64,000 nt of DNA, from positions 128,001 through 192,000 of the forward strand of contig CAWJTV010000028.1 of NCBI GenBank assembly GCA_963845755.1, written 5' to 3'. The notes beneath the pieces were generated by a model. It saw nothing but the letters and a program-made list of their open reading frames with translations. It was not told the origin of the DNA and made no database searches. Positions 11,419 through 24,110 of this stretch are shown one piece after another. Every line of letters begins with the position of its first letter. Within the stretch, counting starts at the first letter, position 1. Origin of the DNA: an uncultured Planctomycetota bacterium (GTDB lineage Bacteria; Planctomycetota; Planctomycetia; Isosphaerales; Isosphaeraceae). The translations under genes and the position numbers were made by a program.

Positions 11419-13383
11419 GGGCTCCCCGGGAGAAGGCCCCTCGGCAACGAGGTCCTTGAGCCACTGCCGGTACGGCTTCAAGTAGGCCTTTTCGACCTCG
11501 GTCGAGCCGGGGTTGTGGGTCAGCACGTCGAGGAGCATCCGCCGAAAGTCTCCCACGACCTGCTTGCCCTCGGCGGAATCGATCAGGTTCACGCTCTCGA
11601 CCGGATCGCGACTCAGGTCGTAGAGCTGCTCGAGCCCCGAAGCCGTCGCGGATGTAGTGCCGGCCCGGGCCACCAACGACATCTGGACATCGCGGCGTCT
11701 GAGGCTCTTCTCGGCCTCCGGCTGCGAAACGCGGTCACGGTGGCGTGCTCGGAGAGGGCCGGCGTGATCTCCGGAGTAGCCTGTCCGGGTGCGAGGACCA
11801 GTAGGCCGCCAGCGAGCTGCCCCGGGAATGGTGAGCCGGCCGAGAGACCCAACTGGTCGACCACGGTGGCGGGCAGGTCGCGCAGGCTGACGGGTTCGGC
11901 CACGACGCGGCTCGCGGGCGCATCGGGAGAGAGGATCACCAGCGGCACGGCGATCTCGTCGAGGAAGACGTTGTTGGCGTGGAGGAAAACGCCATGATCG
12001 CCGAACGATTCGCCGTGGTCGGAGGTGATGATCACCACCGTGTTGTCGAGAAGTCCCTGGCCCTGGAGCTCGTCGAGGAGCTGTCCGAGCTGGTCGTCGA
12101 GGTAGGCGATGCAATCGTCGTAGCAGTCGCGGGCCATCCAGATGTCTCGATTCTGGAGGCTCTTCCACCCAGGATTCCCATAGTCGAGCAGGAACTCGGT
12201 AATCCCGCGGCGGCCGGGGCCTGATCCCGAAACGGCCCGCATAGCCCGCCGGCGGGATGTACGGCTCGTGGGCATCGAAGTAGTTCAAGTAGGCGAAGAA
12301 CGGGCGATCGCGTTGCCGATGGCGCAGCCAGTCCAGGAAGGAGTCGCTGATCGCGCTCCGCGTTGCGCGATTGCAAGCGGATCCATTTGGACTCGTAGAA
12401 GTCGCCGCGATAGACGATGTTCTCGAGGATCCAGCTTCCCGCGACCGTCCGGCTCAACAGCGACCGCGGGGTCAGCGGATAGTCCTCGAAATGGATGAAG
12501 CCTCGATCCAGCCTCGTCTCGTAAGTGCAGCAGAGGGTGTTCGCGGAAAACCCGGCGGTCTGATAGCCTCGTGAGGCCAGGTGCTCAGCCAGGGTGGGAA
12601 CCGGGGCATCGAGCGTGTATTTCCACTGCGAAATCACCTGGAACGGCCAGTGGCCGGTGAAGAAGCTGCTATGCGAGGGATAAGTCCAGGGGGCCGGCGC
12701 CAGGGCCATGCTGTATCGGACGCCCTTCCGCGCCCAACGCACCAGGTTGGGGGTCGTGTTCCGCGGATAGCCGTAGAGGCTCAGGTTGGCGGCCGGACGG
12801 CGTCCCACACGATCATGACGACGTTGCGGGCGTTGGAAGGCGGTGCCGGCAATCCGGCCATGCGCACGGTATTCCCGGACCGCGCGCCACCCGTTGAAAG
12901 CGCGGCCAGGATGACCAGCAGGCCAAGCAGTCCCGCCACGGAGTAACCACGCCGACCTCGGGCCGTTGATAATGCGCCGCGACGCCACCGCTGATCAGCC
13001 GGCCCAGTCCGGCGGCCAGGAGCAGGCTGGCGACGCCGTACAGGGGCATCCGCAGCAGGGCGGCCCAGATCGCGAGCGTCGCGAACAGCCACACGCCGCG
13101 CGCAGCGACATGGGCTTCGGCCGGAGCCGGTTGACCGCGGCCAGCAGCACTCCCGGGATCAGCAGCAGGACCACGTGCCCAACCGGAACGCTCCAGGGGA
13201 AATCGTGAGCGTTCGCATAGTTCTTCAGACCATTCCAGAAGTATTTCTTGAAGACGATGATGACCAGATCGAGATAACCACCGGCGAGGCCGAAGAGATC
13301 GCCAGCAGGATCGCGGCCGAGGGCGTGAGGCGGCTATGACCGGCCGGGTCCCGATTCCGCGGCTTTGGGGGAATGGTATCCAT
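11377..13383 (-). CDS. Membrane-anchored sulfatase-like hydrolase/transferase A (multiple frameshifts)
   Basis: N-terminal TM region; VMIVWDAVR, LSLYGY..TTPNL, APWTYPSHSSFFTG, NYFDAHEPY, TSDHGE, LYDL..DP. Confidence 0.85.
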
Positions 13384-13592
13384 CAAGGCTCGACCTTCAC
13401 GTGCGTTTTTCGGCGCAACATCGCTGGGCAACAGTGCCGTCGCTGTTCGACGGCTTGAGCCACGTAGGGTTGAGGCGCGATGGAGTCAGCGAGGAACCGA
13501 CCAGAGCCTGATTCCTACCGTATCACGTTCCAGGCGGCAGATCGAGAGATCCCGGCCAGGTGGTCCACTGTGCAACGGTCCGCTAGCGTTTC

Positions 13593-15568
13593 TCAGATGG
13601 GTGGGCGCGGGATCATCGACCCGAGCAACGTCAGGAGCTGTTTCTGATAGGCGGCAGCCACCTCGCCTGGGGCGCGATTGTCGCGGAGGAACAGGGCCAG
13701 CGCGTTGCGCAAATGGTTCAAAGTGGAGTCTCGCTCCGGCGCGTTCTTGAGGTCGCGAATCTCCGCGGGTCGGCCGCCAGGTCGTAAAGCTCCTCCGTAC
13801 CCCGGATATCGAGCAGGTAATGCAGGCCCTCGTCCACAACGGACGTCGTGAATCCCCGCTGGTTCGGCCCTCGGCCGCGCTGGGGGATGATCACCAAGGG
13901 GATATCGACCTCCGAGAGCGCTTTCGAGACGCGTCGATCGTCGCGGAGCCGCGCGGCGTCCGCCACGATTCCGCGAGCGAGCGGCCGGGGAAGGGCGAGC
14001 CGCCACCCAGTCCGATCAGGTCGACTACCGTCGCCGGCAGATCGCGGAGGCTGACCGGCTCGGATACCGTGCGACCGGCCGGCGCCGCCGACGAGATGAT
14101 CAGCAAGGGGACATGCACCTCTTGCGAGTACAGGCTGAAGCCGTGGTTGAACACGCCATGCTCGCCGAACTGCTCGCCGTGATCGGAAGTGATGATCACG
14201 AGCGTATCGCGGAGCACCTCGCGCCGTTCGAGCTCATCGAGGAGCGCGCCCACTCGCCGATCAAGGGCCGCGATGCAGTCGTCGTAGGAATCGCGAGCCA
14301 GCTCGATGTCCTGTTCGCTGAGCTTGAGCTTGTCCCGATCCCAGTATTCCACCAGCATGGCGTGGTCGCGGGACGACTCGGGGCGGAGCCCGAAATGTGT
14401 CCCCTCGTCCTGGGGCGGCAGGAACGGCTCATGCGCATCGAGATAGTTCAAGAACGCGAAGAAGGGCCGTCCGGAATCCCGTTGCCATGACAGCCAGTCC
14501 AGGAACGATTGGTTGATCCCGTGGGCATCCCGCGATAGGGATCGGATCCACTTGACGGCGTAATAGTCGCGAGGACTTCGCAAGTTCTCGAGCACCAACG
14601 GCCCGGAAGCGTGCTGCCCAGGACGGTCGTGGCGTGAGCGGATAGTCCTCGTAATGGATGAACCCCCGGTCCATGCCGGACTCGTAGCTGCACCAATGCG
14701 TATTGGCGGCGAACCCGGCGGTCAGATAACCGCGGGTGGCGAGGAACTCGGCGAGCGTGGGATAGGCCGGGTCAAGGTCGGCTCCCAGTGTGCGCCCAGG
14801 GTCGAGGGCCACTGGCCGGTCAGGAACGAGCAATGCGACGGGAACGTCCAAGGGGCGGGCGCCAGGCCCCAATCGAACCGCACGCCTTTCTTCGCCCATC
14901 GGTCCAACTGGGGCGTCGTCTCGCGGTGGTAGCCGTAGAGGCTCAGGCTGTCGGCGCGGACGGTGTCCATGACGATCAACAAGACGTTCTCGCGCCGGCA
15001 GGCGGACCGGCAGCCGCGCGATCGCCCGGGCTTCCGCCAGAGCTTCCCTCCGCAGAGAAACCGTGGCCGTCGACGACTACGAGGACAAGGATAGACAGAC
15101 TGTAGCCGGCAAAACGCCGGAACCCCGCGGCGTGCCGTGCGAGCCAGCGGCTCAACAACCGCGCGAATCCGATCGCGACGAACAGGCTCGCCACCCGTAG
15201 AACGGTATCCTCAGCATCGGCCCCCAGACCGCTACCGTGGCGAACAGAAAGACCGCGAATCGGCACGAGATCCTCCCAGGACGGAGCCGGTTCATCCCGG
15301 CGACCAGCAGTCCAGGAATCATCAAGATCGCCAGGTTCGCGAGCGGCACGGCCCAGCGGAAGTGCCTCCCCTGCTGGTAATACAAGGACGCATGGAATAG
15401 GTCCCGCTTCAAGAAGATCATCCCGAGATCCAGGTAACCGCCGACCAGGCCGAACCACGCGGCCAGTACGAGGGCGGCAATCCAGGATAGGGCGACGGTC
15501 GCCTGGGTCATCGCTTCGGGCTCGGTGCTACCGAGGTCAGGTTGCGTGGTCGTTCGCGGCGGATTCAT
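13593..15568 (-). CDS. Membrane-anchored sulfatase-like hydrolase/transferase B (multiple frameshifts)
   Basis: LIVMDTVRAD, APWTFPSHCSFLTG, NYLDAHEP, TSDHGE; ATGA overlap with the stop of paralog C. Confidence 0.85.
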
Positions 15569-17564
15569 GGATTGAACCGTTGCGGCGTCAACGGGCCGGC
15601 CGTGAGGCGGCCAGGGCTTGCCGCATTTGTTCCAGGGTCGGCTGCATGGCCGGGTTGCCGGCGAGGTTGTGCAGCTCCTGCGGGTCGTCGCGCAAGTGGA
15701 AAAGCTCTTCGCGAACGTCTCCTTCCCGGCGGATGTAAGTCCAGTCGCCTTCGGGTCAATGCGACCAACGGCCATCGGGGCTTGAGCAATTGCGCGGGGT
15801 CCGGGTTGAGCCCGTCGAGCGGGACCACTTCGGAGAGCGCCGCATCGGTCGCGAGGCGGATCGTCGGGCGCCGCCGGGGATGATCGCTTGCTGAACCGGG
15901 CCAGCGACTCGCCCGGGAAAGGGAGATCCTTCTGGAGACCCAGTCCCTCGACGATCGTCGCCGCCAGGTCCCGGAGGCTCACCGGCTCGGTGACGATCCG
16001 TCTCGACGGGCTCCCTGCCGTGGCCGGTGGGACGATCAGAGGGGAACATGAAGCTCCGTCTGGTAGAGGCTCGTTCCGTGGCGGAACACGCCGGGATGTT
16101 CGCCGAAACTCTCGCCGTGGTCCGCGACGACGATGAGCCAGGTCCGGTCGAGGATGGCACGACGCTCGAGCTCGTCGATCAACCGTCCCAGTTGCTCATC
16201 GAGGTCCGCGACACAATCGTCGTAAGCGTCGCGAGCCAGAGCGATCTGCTGCCGGCGAAGGCCGGTTCTGCGGCCAGCAGCAACGTATCCTCGAATGGGG
16301 TCGATCTCATGGTCGTCGTCGGGCCTGACCCCCGAACCGATGGATGCCCATCTCCGGGAGCTGATAGGGATGGTGGGCGTCATAGTAATTCAGGAAGGCG
16401 AAAAAGGGCCGATCCGGTCTGGCGGCGAGACAGCCAGTCGAGGAACTCGCGATTGACGACCGCCGCCCCTTTGCGGTCGGAATTGAAAAGCCCACCAGAG
16501 TTGATTCACCGCGGGCTTCAGGAGATCGAAATCCAGCCGGTCTTCCAGGAAACGCTCGACCGCCTGGAGCCCGTCCACGGGACGATTGACCAGGACGGCC
16601 GCCTTGAACGCAGTGAGCCGCGGAAAGATGTAGTCTCGATAGACGGTAAAACCCCGGTCCAGTCCGGAGTCGGACGCACAATACCAGTAATTGGCGGCGA
16701 AACCGGCCGTCGCATAACCGTGCGCCCCCAGGATACTCGGCCAGGGTCGGATACGGTCCCGTCGAGGGGCGTGATCCAGCCGGCGGAAAGCTCGTGAGGC
16801 CATCGTCCTGTAAACATGCTTGCATGGGATGGCAGCGTCCACGATGAGGTCGCCTGCACGCGATCGAAGCGAATGCCGCGGGTCGCCAGCTCATCGATCG
16901 TCGGGCTGGTGGGACGGTCGTAGCCGTAGAGGCTCAGATGGTCCGCGGCGACCGTGTCCAGCACGATCAAGAGCACGTTGGGGCTCCCGGCGGCGGTAAC
17001 GGCCGCCCCGCCTCGCGCCACTCCTTGATCCGGTCCTGCCCCCAGAGCGATGCCGCCAGCAAGGGAACCAGACCGGCGACGACGGGGAAGCTGAGCCGGA
17101 CGAGCCGCCGGAAGCCGGCGGCACGCCGTTCGAGTAGCGGGACCAGCCGCGTCGCGATACCCAGGGCCAGGAGGAACCCGGCGGGACCGAAAATCCGCGG
17201 AGAGGCCGCCCAGATCGGGGGAAGCAGGGTCAAGGTGCAAAGCAACCGCGGTGCCAGCCAACGGCCGCGGCGGCCCCACACGACGAGCAGCGACAGCAAC
17301 ACGCCCAGCGGTGAGGAAGATCAAGAGATCGGTCAGCGGGACCAGCCAGACAAAATGGCGGCTCATCCAGTAGAGATGATTCAAGTCGAACGTTCGCTTG
17401 CGCAGTACGGTGACTCCGACCTCGAGCAGGCCCGCGACCAGCCCGCACCAGGCCGAGAGGAGCAGAAAGCGCCAAGAGCCCAGTCCATCCGCGGTAAGAT
17501 CCTCGGATCGCGAACCGGCTGGGCTGGCCTCCTCGAAGACAGCGATCCGACTCGACATCAGCAT
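15565..17564 (-). CDS. Membrane-anchored sulfatase-like hydrolase/transferase C (multiple frameshifts)
   Basis: NVLLIVLDTVAAD, SSWTLPSHASMFTG, NYYDAHHPY, ADHGE. Confidence 0.85.
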
Positions 17565-17824
17565 CAGCCCATCGAGAGATAGGGAATCCAGCGCGGGGTG
17601 AATGCATCATGCCAAAGGACCTGTGGGGAGTCAAGGCTCCCAGGCAGCGATCAGTGCTGAGAAATCCGCCCCTCGGGCGGTCGGCCGGCACGCGGAAGCC
17701 GCGTGGATGGCGACCGAGGGCCGGCAAAGGCCGTAAGGGGACGGGCTCGAAGGCGGCTTCGTGCGACCGCTATCAGACCTGAAGAACCCGGCTGAACCTG
17801 GAACACGCCCACCCGCACCGGCGG

Positions 17825-19150
17825 CTAACTGCTGTCAGTCGGATCTGGATCGGCCCGGCTCCGGCAGCTTGGAGCACGTCGGCCAGTGTCGAAACCGCAG
17901 GCTCTCCAACAATCGTTGCGCATGTTCTTCAACGAGCCGAACAGCTCCACGGCCGTTCGCTTCCCTGCTCTTGGGCCAGGTGCCGCAACAGGCTCCCTTC
18001 TCCACAGTTGCAACAGCAGATGGGGGTAGGAACGGAAATCGTCGGCCGGCCAGCATCTGTGGCTGTAGGCATGTTCCAGGTTCAGGCCACTGTTCTTGTG
18101 GGGTTCAATTGCACGTTCTGCTCGCGCCAGCGTGCCTCCCTCCGTTGGTCGCTACTTCACCACAGTCTCGTGGCTCAAATCCAGAGAGGTCACCCACGAC
18201 CATTCCGTCTGCTTCCCTCCTTGCATCTTGGTGCACTCCAGAGCGTTGATGGTCCAGTCCCGACCATCACTGTCCCTGTAGTGCAGGCCGTTGGATCCAG
18301 CATAGACCTGCCGGACCCTTGCGGCGTATCCGTTCCACGCGCTGGTCGGGACGCAACCGCAGCAACCCCTGGAAATCCTCCCAGAGGGCGGGAAGTCGTC
18401 CAGGCTGAAACGTGTAAATGTAGTCGCATCGATAATCTTGGCGACCTAGGAATCCTTCTCCGCAGGCATACAGGCCGTCACCGCCGAGGCAAATCCGCAA
18501 CTGCGGGAACTCGATCCGCAACTTCTCCACCAGGCGTCGCAAGGCCTTCAACTCGCAATCCTGCTTGATCCGTTCCGCGCTGGCACCGCTGGGGCACTGG
18601 CGACGTCGTGGTTGTCGATGAACTCACTGGCGATCGAGATGACCGTGCCGGCGCCAGCACCTTGGCCTCCAGCACCTGGTGCATATATAGCGTCGTCTCA
18701 CCGTGCCGCTGGGTAGGCAATCGTCGCAATGCCGGGAGTGAAACACCAGATAGCCGAGCCGTCAATCAAGACGACGAACCACCCTGCAGCCGCACCGCGT
18801 CGAGCCTTGATGCGGATCAACCGCTGGACCATCCGCTGCCGCAACCCGGCGATGGGGTCGGGGCCGATTTTCCCCAGGAAGTACTCCAAGGTCTGGTTCA
18901 CCGGCCGGCTCTACTTCACAGTACCCGCAGACGATTGAGATTGGGCAGGACCTCCGGGCCGTCGGTGTTCAACTGGTAGTCCAGTTGGCGCCGGCTGCTC
19001 AACTTGCACAGGAACAAACTCAGCCCCCACCACAGCAGGAACCGCTTGTGGTAGATCACCAAGGGGGCAAACGCGGGTCATGGATCGCATCGATCCAGGT
19101 GTTGAGATCGGGGAAGAAGTGACCCAGGGTTCGCACCGGGATAAGTCCGA
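17825..19150 (-). pseudogene. Fragmented DDE-type transposase
   Basis: Fragments HFFPDL..DPR, VLIDG, HQVLEAK, KALRRLVEKLRIEFPQLRICLGGDGLYA, KNSGLNLEHAYS spread over many frames. Confidence 0.7.
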
Positions 19151-19153
19151 TGT

Positions 19154-19510
19154 TCAGCGTCGTCCCCGCCGCCGCTTTCGGTGCGAGACGTGGCCCTGGA
19201 TCAAGGCCAGGGTCAACTGGCTGATTTCGTGGATGAGGCCTTTGAGACGTTGGTGTTTATTGCACCCATTCTTGGACCTCCGTGAGCAGGTCCTGGGGCA
19301 CATACACCGTGCGAGTTTTTACCCCCCTCCGAGAAGGTGAGGTGGTGGGCGGAGTGCAACGGGCCACCGTGGTGGCAGGCCGGAGGGCTGGCCGCAACGT
19401 TTCTGCACCTGGGCCAGGCTGGCCGCCAGGAGCGGCCCAGCCGGAGCCAGTTGCTTGAGGCGGCGGTCGAGCATCCGACGGACCAGCGTGGGGTGGCTCG
19501 GCACATGCAT
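19154..19510 (-). pseudogene. DUF6788-like small Cys/His protein upstream of the transposase (fragmented)
   Basis: KRCGQPS..CHHGGPLH, GKTRTVYVP.DL..EV.EW and basic RKRRRGRR* end, split over three frames. Confidence 0.65.
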
Positions 19511-19784
19511 CGATGGGCCCCTGGAACTTCCGGTAAGTGGACCTTATACCGGGAAAGGCCCGAAAAGTCATGAGGTGGAAGAAAAAAATTGAGGGCCTAG
19601 GATGGTCGGGCAATTCAACAGAGGTTCTACTCGGGACTTACGCTGCCGTCAAGGTGCGACAAATTCCCCAATTCCTCAGAGCTGGGCAGCGATTCGCGTT
19701 GCTCACCCCGGCCTGAAGGGGACATACTGGTCAAGGGAGGCGAAAGCTCGGGCGGTCTGAAAACCTGGTGGCGAGGCAGAGTGA

Positions 19785-21153
19785 ATGAGCAGGAATGCGC
19801 GGTGGTGGCTGATCGTCTTGCTGGCCGTCGTCGTTGGATCGATCTGGACAGGCTGGAAAGCTTGGGAGATCCGGCGCGATCGGAAGGCCATGGCGGACGT
19901 CCGGAAGGGATCCAGGAGCGGAGACACGGCACCGCCGCGCGCGAAAGTTGAACGCGATGCTGACACGGGAACCTGGCTGGGGAGAGGCGGCCTACCTCCT
20001 GGGAACCTGTGAACAGGCAGCGGGGTCGGGAACAGGCCGCCAAAGAAGCCTGGATTCGAGTGTCGATGGATTCTCCGTTTGCGCCTCGGGCGATACAGGC
20101 CCTGATGGATCTGGAGGTGCGAAGCGGGCGGCTCGCCGACGCCGAGCAGCTGATCCTACGGGCGATGAATGATCCTCGGATTGATGGATCCGGCTTGCCA
20201 CTTTACCTGGGACCCATCTACACGCTGCAAGGTCGCGGCGAGGAGGCGGAGCGGTCGGTCGAGGCGCGATGGGACCATTTGAACGCCCTGGGACAAGGAG
20301 CTTCCGAGAAGGCGATCAACCTGGCTCGGTTGCACAACGAACTCCAACACAATACTTTGCCGGTCGATCTGATCCGGACTTTCCTGGATCAGTCCGGTAA
20401 GTCGGCGCCGGAAGACGATCGAGTCTGGCTGGGGCGGGCCAACCTGGCGATCCGCGTCGGTGCTTACAGCGACGCGGCGCGGTGGCTCGATGCCTGCTTG
20501 CGGCGGCGCCCGCGGATCTCCCAGTCTCGCGCGCCCGGCTAAGGTGGGCCATGGCGACGAACCGTATCGCCGAGGCGAGGGAAGCTCGTGAAGCATCTTC
20601 CGGTCGAGGAGGCGACGCCTGCCCAGATCCCAAAACTGTCGGCCTGGCTCGCCAATCGTCGCGGGGATCGCGTGTCGGAGCAGCGCGCCCTGGAACGACT
20701 CATCGAGGCCGATCCCATCGATTTCGCGGCCCTTGACCGACTGGCCGGACTGGCCATCGAGGAGGGCCGTCCTGCTCAGGCATCCGATCTGCAACGCCGG
20801 AAGACCGAGATCCTTCAACTTCAGAATCGATACCAGGCACTCTATCAGCATAACCAGCCGATTCGCAATGCGGAGCAGATGGCCGGGCTGGCCGTGCGAC
20901 TCGGCCGTGGTTTCGAGGCTCGCGTGTTCGGAACTCTGGCCGTCGCGGCAGACCCTCACCGCGATGATTTACGGCGCCAACTCACCAGGCTCAACCAACA
21001 GGTTCAAACGGGCGATGCGAGGGGGCAAACATGGAGGATGTGCTCGCCGCCGAGTTCGAATCCGTCACGACCTCCTCACCCTCAACGCGCTCGCCCTCAT
21101 CAACTCGGGACGTCTCGCTGGCCCCGACTCCGCGTACCGACATCCCCGAATGA
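19785..21153 (+). CDS. TPR-repeat protein with N-terminal TM/signal (frameshifts)
   Basis: APEDDRVWLGRANLAIR, A.RWLD.CL.RRP helical repeats over ORFs 19785, 19834, 20009 and 20588. Confidence 0.75.
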
Positions 21154-21204
21154 CCCAAGCGGGCGTATCCCGGCAGACGACAACTCATCGTCGTCCGAGA
21201 GCGA

Positions 21205-21453
21205 TCAGGCGGTTCGCCGGACCTGTCGATTCTCATCGCCCTGCCCGCTGGCCGACTCCGTCTGGTTCCCGCTGCTAATCGTTTCACCCTTAGATCGTTC
21301 GAAGCCCTTCTTCAGATTCCTCGAACTCGTATGGAAGCATCGCGCAATGAAGCGGAACGGTGCGCGACCGACCATCATGATGAAACCCATGGCAGCCGCC
21401 AGCAACGAGGCGACAGGAAGGACAACCTCCGGAGAGAAGTAAGCGAGAATCAT
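21205..21453 (-). CDS. Small membrane protein (MILAYFSPE...)
   Basis: Single hydrophobic helix followed by a basic/polar tail. Confidence 0.55.
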   Translation of the reverse strand: MILAYFSPEVVLPVASLLAAAMGFIMMVGRAPFRFIARCFHTSSRNLKKGFERSKGETISSGNQTESASGQGDENRQVRRTA

Positions 21454-21723
21454 GAGAAGCGTCTCACGTGTCGGTGGCGACCTGGGCCTTGATCGCGTCG
21501 CCATCGGGTGACTGGCAGCGATCGCCCAGGTTTTTTCTGGAGTTTCCGGAGGTAGTGAACGCCGGTGATGGGCTACAAGGCGGCATTTCGAATGATCGCG
21601 AAATCGCGACAGCAGTCATCCGAAGTGCTTCTAAATTCATGGATATAGACTATCAAACGGTCGGGTGGCCAGCAAGGTTTCCAGATACGAGTCCGGTGTC
21701 ATTCCTTATCGGTCCAGTTCGGC

Positions 21724-23008
21724 TCACCGAGGCGTGGTCGGATTCATTCGGTCCTTCGATGAGGGAGACGGGGAGTTCGTTTCCGACCCGGACGGATTGA
21801 GTCGAGCCAGTGCCTGCTGCGCCTGCGCGTCCAGCGGATCACGACCGATTGCCAGCCGATACCAGACGCGAGCCTGCTCGCAGAGCTTCATCGACTCGCA
21901 GATTTCGCCGAGCTTATCGAAAAGCTTTCGGTCGGTATCTAGAGTGGTGACGGAGTCTTTGATCGTCCGCTTCAACTGGTCATGGTAGGAGGCGGCCTGG
22001 AGGAACTCCTTGAACTGGGGGTCGCCAAGAGCCTGCAGCGCCACGCCCAGGCCATGGATCGCGTCGCGGTCGGTCGGGTCCTGTCGGAGGACGGCCCGAA
22101 ACGCGTCGGCGGCCCGCCGCGGGTCGTTTCCTTGCAGTGCCAATCGGCCGCGGAAGAGGATGAGCCGAAGGTGGTCCTCGGGGCCTTCCTGGATTAGCTT
22201 TTCCGCGGTTTCGCGGTCGCCTCGGTCGATGGCGAGCTGGGCTCGCAGGGCACGGGCTTCCGGGTCGGAATTCGGAAGAGGCTCCATCGCGGCTTCGGCC
22301 TTGTCGAGATCGGAGGTCATCGCATAACCGGTCGCCAGCGCCAGCCGCGAGTACCTGTCCGTGGGGTCCTCGGCGACGAACGGGATCAAGACCTTGCGCC
22401 GCCCCGGGCACATCCCAGAGTCCGCAATCATTCTGACTCCAGGCGAAAGCCAGGGTGTAGTCCAGCAGCATGAGCCGATCGAGCGCGCGGAACTGGGTGT
22501 CGCAGTCCGCCTTCCGGCGCTGAACCGCATAGAGGTAGGCCAGTTCGCGATGGGACTGGATCTGGTCGGGGTTGAGCGCCATCGCGTGGAGATAGGCCGC
22601 CTCCGCCGCTCGCGCGTGGTGCCGCGCCAGCTCGATCTGACCGGCCTTGAGCCAGGCCTGGGCGGCGATCGGTTCGGAATCCGGGATGTGCTTCAGATGA
22701 GCCAAAGCCTGGTCCGACCGCCCCTGCGCCGCGTCCACACGGGCGCGGAGCATCCAGTCCAGCGGTGTCGGCGGAGCCTCAGTCGCCCGGCGGTCCAGCA
22801 GGGTCAGGGCCTGCTCGAATCGTCCGGCGTTGAACTCGGCCAGAGCCTCGCTTAGTAGGCCGAGACGAGCCGGGTCACGATCGGGTTCGCGCCGCCATCG
22901 TCGTAGGGCCGCGACGCCCCCGATCGCCACTGCGACGACAAGAAAGACGAGTAGCAGGACCCCTCGGATTCGACGTCCCGTCTTCAAATTGCCCCGACCC
23001 GCTCCCAT
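21724..23008 (-). CDS. TPR-repeat protein with N-terminal TM (frameshift near 22410)
   Basis: ORFs 21980..23101 and 21724..22530 both carry TPR-like repeats. Confidence 0.75.
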
Positions 23009-23030
23009 GTCCACCTCCCGTCCCGGGTCC

Positions 23031-23972
23031 TCATCGTTCGCCGTCCGGTCCGCTGATCTCAACCTCGACACGTTGACCGAGTTTGAGCGGGGTCGGCTCA
23101 AGGAGGGAGATCTTCACGATCAGGACGCGCGTATCGGCCGGTCGGCCAGGATCCGCCGGGCGTGTCTGCCTGGGGACGACGATGGGGGAGATCTGCTCAA
23201 CCTGACCGCGCCAGCCGCGCCCCTGATACCCTTCGGCGGTAATGGTCGCGCGACCTTGCTGGCTGATTCGCGGGATGTCGAACTCGTCAACCTCCGCTTC
23301 GACACGGAGCCGGGTCAGGTCGACAATGGTGACCAGCGAAGTAGCCGGGCTGACGGTCTCGCCGGGATCCGCATGACGCGCAACGATGACTCCGGCGATA
23401 GGGGCCAGGATGCGGTACTTGGCAGCTTCGGCTTCGAGGCGATCTACGGCTGCGCGTGCGGCATCGCGACGGGCGACGGCGAGCGTCTGGGTCTCCTGAC
23501 GCGACTTCGCCATCCAGGGCTGGGCCTCTCCGCCCGAGGGGAAGGGCAGAATCCGATCCAGTCGCGACCTCGCCTGCTCCAATCGGAGTCCCACCTCGGC
23601 CTCGAGAAGGCGCAAGTGCGCCTCACGGAGCGACGCGCGCACATCGTCGGAACGCAACTCCACCAAGAGGTCTCCCTTGTGGACGATCGCGTTCTCACGC
23701 GCCGGCATGCCCACGATCGTTCCGAGCACCTCCGTCCCCACCGTCACCTCGGCGCCGGGGTAGGCCGAAACCCGGCCCTCGGCCATCACCCGGCCGGTTG
23801 AAGACCCCGGCGGCGCGGCCTGGGTTCCTTCCTCCATCACGCTGACAGTCCGGGTCGAGCCGGATTTGGTCCCGACCGCAGCGCCCTGCACCCAGTGCCA
23901 GGCCAGGGCGAGTGCCAGAAGTCCAGCGGTCGCCGGGAGTACGACCCGGCCCAAGATCATCGATATCGACAT
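23031..23972 (-). CDS. Periplasmic adaptor (HlyD/DevB-like)
   Basis: V.KGDLLVEL, RILAPIAGVI, VEAEVDEFDI, LKLGQRVEV. Confidence 0.9.
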   Translation of the reverse strand: MSISMILGRVVLPATAGLLALALAWHWVQGAAVGTKSGSTRTVSVMEEGTQAAPPGSSTGRVMAEGRVSAYPGAEVTVGTEVLGTIVGMPARENAIVHKGDLLVELRSDDVRASLREAHLRLLEAEVGLRLEQARSRLDRILPFPSGGEAQPWMAKSRQETQTLAVARRDAARAAVDRLEAEAAKYRILAPIAGVIVARHADPGETVSPATSLVTIVDLTRLRVEAEVDEFDIPRISQQGRATITAEGYQGRGWRGQVEQISPIVVPRQTRPADPGRPADTRVLIVKISLLEPTPLKLGQRVEVEISGPDGER

Positions 23973-24110
23973 CGGTTCGTTGATATCCCCGTCCGTCGTT
24001 CCCCGTGCACACCCGCATGGACGCGTCCTGACTTCTGCATGACCAATCCGAAGAGCTTCATCATAATCGCCCCGGAGCTGGAAGACACTCCGAGAGTTGG
24101 ATCGGTGAGG

